Below are positions 61,718 through 64,000 of a stretch of 64,000 nt of DNA, in pieces (within the stretch, counting starts at the first letter, position 1; each line of letters begins with the position of its first letter). The notes under the pieces are model-generated. The model worked only from the letters and a program-made list of their open reading frames with translations. It was not told the origin of the DNA and did not search any database. Source of the DNA: a virus (lineage: Duplodnaviria > Heunggongvirae > Uroviricota > Caudoviricetes); IMG/VR virus record IMGVR_UViG_2703718869_000013, positions 32,001 through 96,000 of that record; one strand, written 5' to 3'. Position numbers and translations under genes: made by a program.

Positions 61718-62272
61718 TTATTGGCTATGGCTAAAAATCAAATGAGACACTTCATTTGGTTGTAGCTCGTCAAGATCCGGGGCCACAAAACCTTTTCCGA
61801 AAGACTTCACAAGAGATTCACCAGCCGCATCATTGTCACCTATTACACGAAAGTCATACGGCAGCATCGCAAGTTGACGGCGTAATCCTGCGGAGAAAGT
61901 CGAACCTAACAGCGCCCACGAATTGCCGCCCGCATTGTGTACAGCTGCGCTCTTAAAAATAGACTCAGTTATCCATATTGGGCCATCTTTTAAAGGAAGA
62001 TAGGTTCCCCAAAGTAACTGTCTGCCGTGTGATCGCGTGAAATACCGGGCCATCTTCGGATTGCTATGCTGCTTAGGAGCACCTGGTCTATATGTCTGAT
62101 ACCCAGCCAACATCCCATCAAACCTGTATAGAGGGAATGTAACTACTCCTTCGCTTTCATCGATCCACTGTCTATATGGGTGTATATCATGGCGGTAGTT
62201 ACGAGTTAGCAAATGAGCTTCCAGCTTTCCAAATTTTGTCATAATTCCGTTCTTCCTGGCTTTTAGCTGCAA
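61718..62272 (-). CDS. Hypothetical protein with Toprim-like motifs
   Basis: ITESIFKSAAVHNAG ... WALLGS ... VIGDNDAAG resembles Toprim motifs (E..., DxDxxG). Confidence 0.45.
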   Translation of the reverse strand: MQLKARKNGIMTKFGKLEAHLLTRNYRHDIHPYRQWIDESEGVVTFPLYRFDGMLAGYQTYRPGAPKQHSNPKMARYFTRSHGRQLLWGTYLPLKDGPIWITESIFKSAAVHNAGGNSWALLGSTFSAGLRRQLAMLPYDFRVIGDNDAAGESLVKSFGKGFVAPDLDELQPNEVSHLIFSHSQ

Positions 62273-62290
62273 TATTGCAGTTGCTCATGT

Positions 62291-62563
62291 TTAAAGCTCA
62301 CATTTCCAGATGGTATTCTGAACACCCGAACCGGGAGCGAGATGGGGATTAGCATTCGCGCTATGCTGATATACAGCTTTAGACTTCCCATATTGCTGAC
62401 AGGCTTTATCTGCGGTTTTTTGCAGGCTATCCAGGCCATACCAACCATCTGACTGTATGCTTACCTTTTCACCGTCGTTGTATTGCACCATTGCGCACCC
62501 AGATATAGCCAGTATCGCGCCGACAATAACGCTTTTCCATAAAACTCTATGCAACATATACAA
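62291..62563 (-). CDS. Small lipoprotein
   Basis: Signal peptide ending in lipobox AISGC, mature part with four Cys. Confidence 0.55.
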   Translation of the reverse strand: MYMLHRVLWKSVIVGAILAISGCAMVQYNDGEKVSIQSDGWYGLDSLQKTADKACQQYGKSKAVYQHSANANPHLAPGSGVQNTIWKCEL

Positions 62564-62602
62564 AAATCCCCTCTGTGAATTGAGGGGATTTTAGCATGGT
62601 GA

Positions 62603-62863
62603 TCAGACATCAGCTTTATGCAGAATTTTATCCACCAGCGATGTGATTTTTTCTGCCAGGTCATCATTACTTACCCAATCCTGGCGGGCAGCCAGAACGG
62701 GCGACAAGGCTAATATTAACTCTCGTCGTAATGATACGTTCCTTGCTACAGGCGGAATACGTGGTGCTGGTGGTGGTTTAAGCCCCTCACTCCCTTGTAT
62801 TTCTGGAGTATTCGGCTGATAGCCATTAGTTATTTTCGGCGGTATTGGACGAGGACGAAACAT
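62603..62863 (-). CDS. Hypothetical proline-rich protein
   Basis: Start moved to ATG at 62863 (TAGGAGGT Shine-Dalgarno); track ORF extends to 62983. Confidence 0.45.
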   Translation of the reverse strand: MFRPRPIPPKITNGYQPNTPEIQGSEGLKPPPAPRIPPVARNVSLRRELILALSPVLAARQDWVSNDDLAEKITSLVDKILHKADV

Positions 62864-62867
62864 CGCG

Positions 62868-63152
62868 CTACCTCCTACACTCAGGGCAAGTGTTCCCTTC
62901 CGCAAAGTAGGGGAAACTGCTATCAAGTTCATCACACCATCTGCGATGCTCGTAGCACCAAAAAGCCTCCCACGGTAAACCAAAAGACTTCATCCACCGG
63001 GACACTCGATCTGGTATATCTGCTGGTGGCAGTTCTTCTGGCAATAATTTGCCTGATAATTCCCTTTCCGCCCGCGCCAGCATTCCTTTTAGACTCGCAT
63101 TCTCTTTTTCAAGAATCTCTATGCGCGCCTGTAACTCAGCTTTCGTTGGCAT
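62868..63152 (-). CDS. Hypothetical coiled-coil protein with C-terminal Cys pairs
   Basis: Internal ATG chosen; track ORF extends to 63233; start uncertain. Confidence 0.4.
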   Translation of the reverse strand: MPTKAELQARIEILEKENASLKGMLARAERELSGKLLPEELPPADIPDRVSRWMKSFGLPWEAFWCYEHRRWCDELDSSFPYFAEGNTCPECRR

Positions 63153-63786
63153 GGTCCGCCTCATGCTTTTCAGCCGCCAGCGGCAATAAAGCCCTGGCCA
63201 TCTTATGAACCAATAGTGCATCAATAATGCCAAGCGTATGCCCTGGCTTAATGTTTAATGCCGCCTCGAGGTGACATCTTTCCAGGCCACTTTTCTCGAC
63301 TTGTTTATGATGATCTGGCGTAATAACGTCGCCCAAAACACGGCTAATTCTTTCTCGTAATTGCTGGGTGCCAGCACACTTGATCGCTGTATCGTGGAGA
63401 CGGTTAACCAGTTCGCGATAAACATGCGGCTTAATGCGGATACGTTCACCGGTGACGCCCTTTCCTGGCGCTGGCACCGAACTATCCGGAATATCCGGAT
63501 AGTTGCCAGCCTCGTAAGCTACCCGCAGCCAGTGCATGAATGTTTCAGTGGACACACAACCACAGTCCACATCGATTTTTCCGCGTTGCTGTTCCAGCCA
63601 CTGCTCAAAATTCAATCTACACGTATTACTTTCATGTTGCTCTTTTTGTCTCAAGGCCAGCATCTGCTGGGCTATTTCCAATACTTCATCTGCCGTATAT
63701 CCAGCACCGTGACCATACATTTCGATACGGGAAATAATCTCTGATATACGCTCTTCAGTGATTCTGGTCATTTCTTTTTGCGCCAT
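63136..63786 (-). CDS. Hypothetical protein
   Basis: 216-aa ORF with ATG start. Confidence 0.5.
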   Translation of the reverse strand: MAQKEMTRITEERISEIISRIEMYGHGAGYTADEVLEIAQQMLALRQKEQHESNTCRLNFEQWLEQQRGKIDVDCGCVSTETFMHWLRVAYEAGNYPDIPDSSVPAPGKGVTGERIRIKPHVYRELVNRLHDTAIKCAGTQQLRERISRVLGDVITPDHHKQVEKSGLERCHLEAALNIKPGHTLGIIDALLVHKMARALLPLAAEKHEADHANES

Positions 63787-63962
63787 TTCTTTTCACATTC
63801 CTTAGTCCATTTTTCAATGTTCATTTTGGCAATATCAGTCATTCCATCACCTAAGAAATACTTTTTCCGGTATGTCTTACACTTAAACCACACTACAACA
63901 GCCACCAGCCAGAAAATAAAAGGCCATACAGCAATACCAACGACAGCCGCGATAAAGCCCAA
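63768..63962 (-). CDS. Small membrane protein
   Basis: 64 aa with one long hydrophobic helix and K-rich tail. Confidence 0.4.
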   Translation of the reverse strand: MGFIAAVVGIAVWPFIFWLVAVVVWFKCKTYRKKYFLGDGMTDIAKMNIEKWTKECEKKWRKKK

Positions 63963-64000
63963 TATCCATAAATGAAGCTCTCCAACTTCTGTTTCCGGCA

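Overview
This 64-kb window reads as a segment of a P1-family phage-plasmid, very close to coliphage P1 in backbone (the Cre protein is near-identical to P1 Cre as I recall it, and a canonical loxP sits about 820 bp away). Left to right: the 3' end of parB and a parS site; a late structural block (head, sheath, baseplate, Sit tape-measure with lytic transglycosylase domain, tail fiber plus chaperone); an immI-type c4-icd-ant module beside the kilA-repL lytic replicon; holin/antiholin and a Dar-like operon interrupted by a TnpB-only IS200/IS605-type element; ssb and the SAR endolysin lyz; head processing and portal genes; an AT-rich cargo slot; cre/loxP; coi-c1; pacB-pacA with a pac hexamer cluster; lpa; phd-doc; humD; then uncharacterised genes. 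Many C1-operator-like 17-mers and several late-promoter-like motifs are present. No rRNA, tRNA, CRISPR array or integrase was seen. The most interesting departures from the P1 layout as I remember it are: (1) four C1-operator-associated c4-icd-ant modules, each with a different antisense specificity and matching compensatory changes in its own target sites, arranged as two inverted pairs; (2) where P1 carries EcoP1I res/mod and darB, an AT-rich cargo with an AraC-family regulator, a (CAAA)6 repeat and an intact EAL-domain phosphodiesterase; (3) a hexapeptide acetyltransferase where P1 has cin and the invertible C segment; (4) two extra small ORFs between loxP and cre, the second stop/start-overlapping cre. 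All homology statements are from reading the translations and from memory of P1; no database search was run. CDS coordinates follow the supplied ORF track; coordinates of non-coding features are approximate to a few bases.
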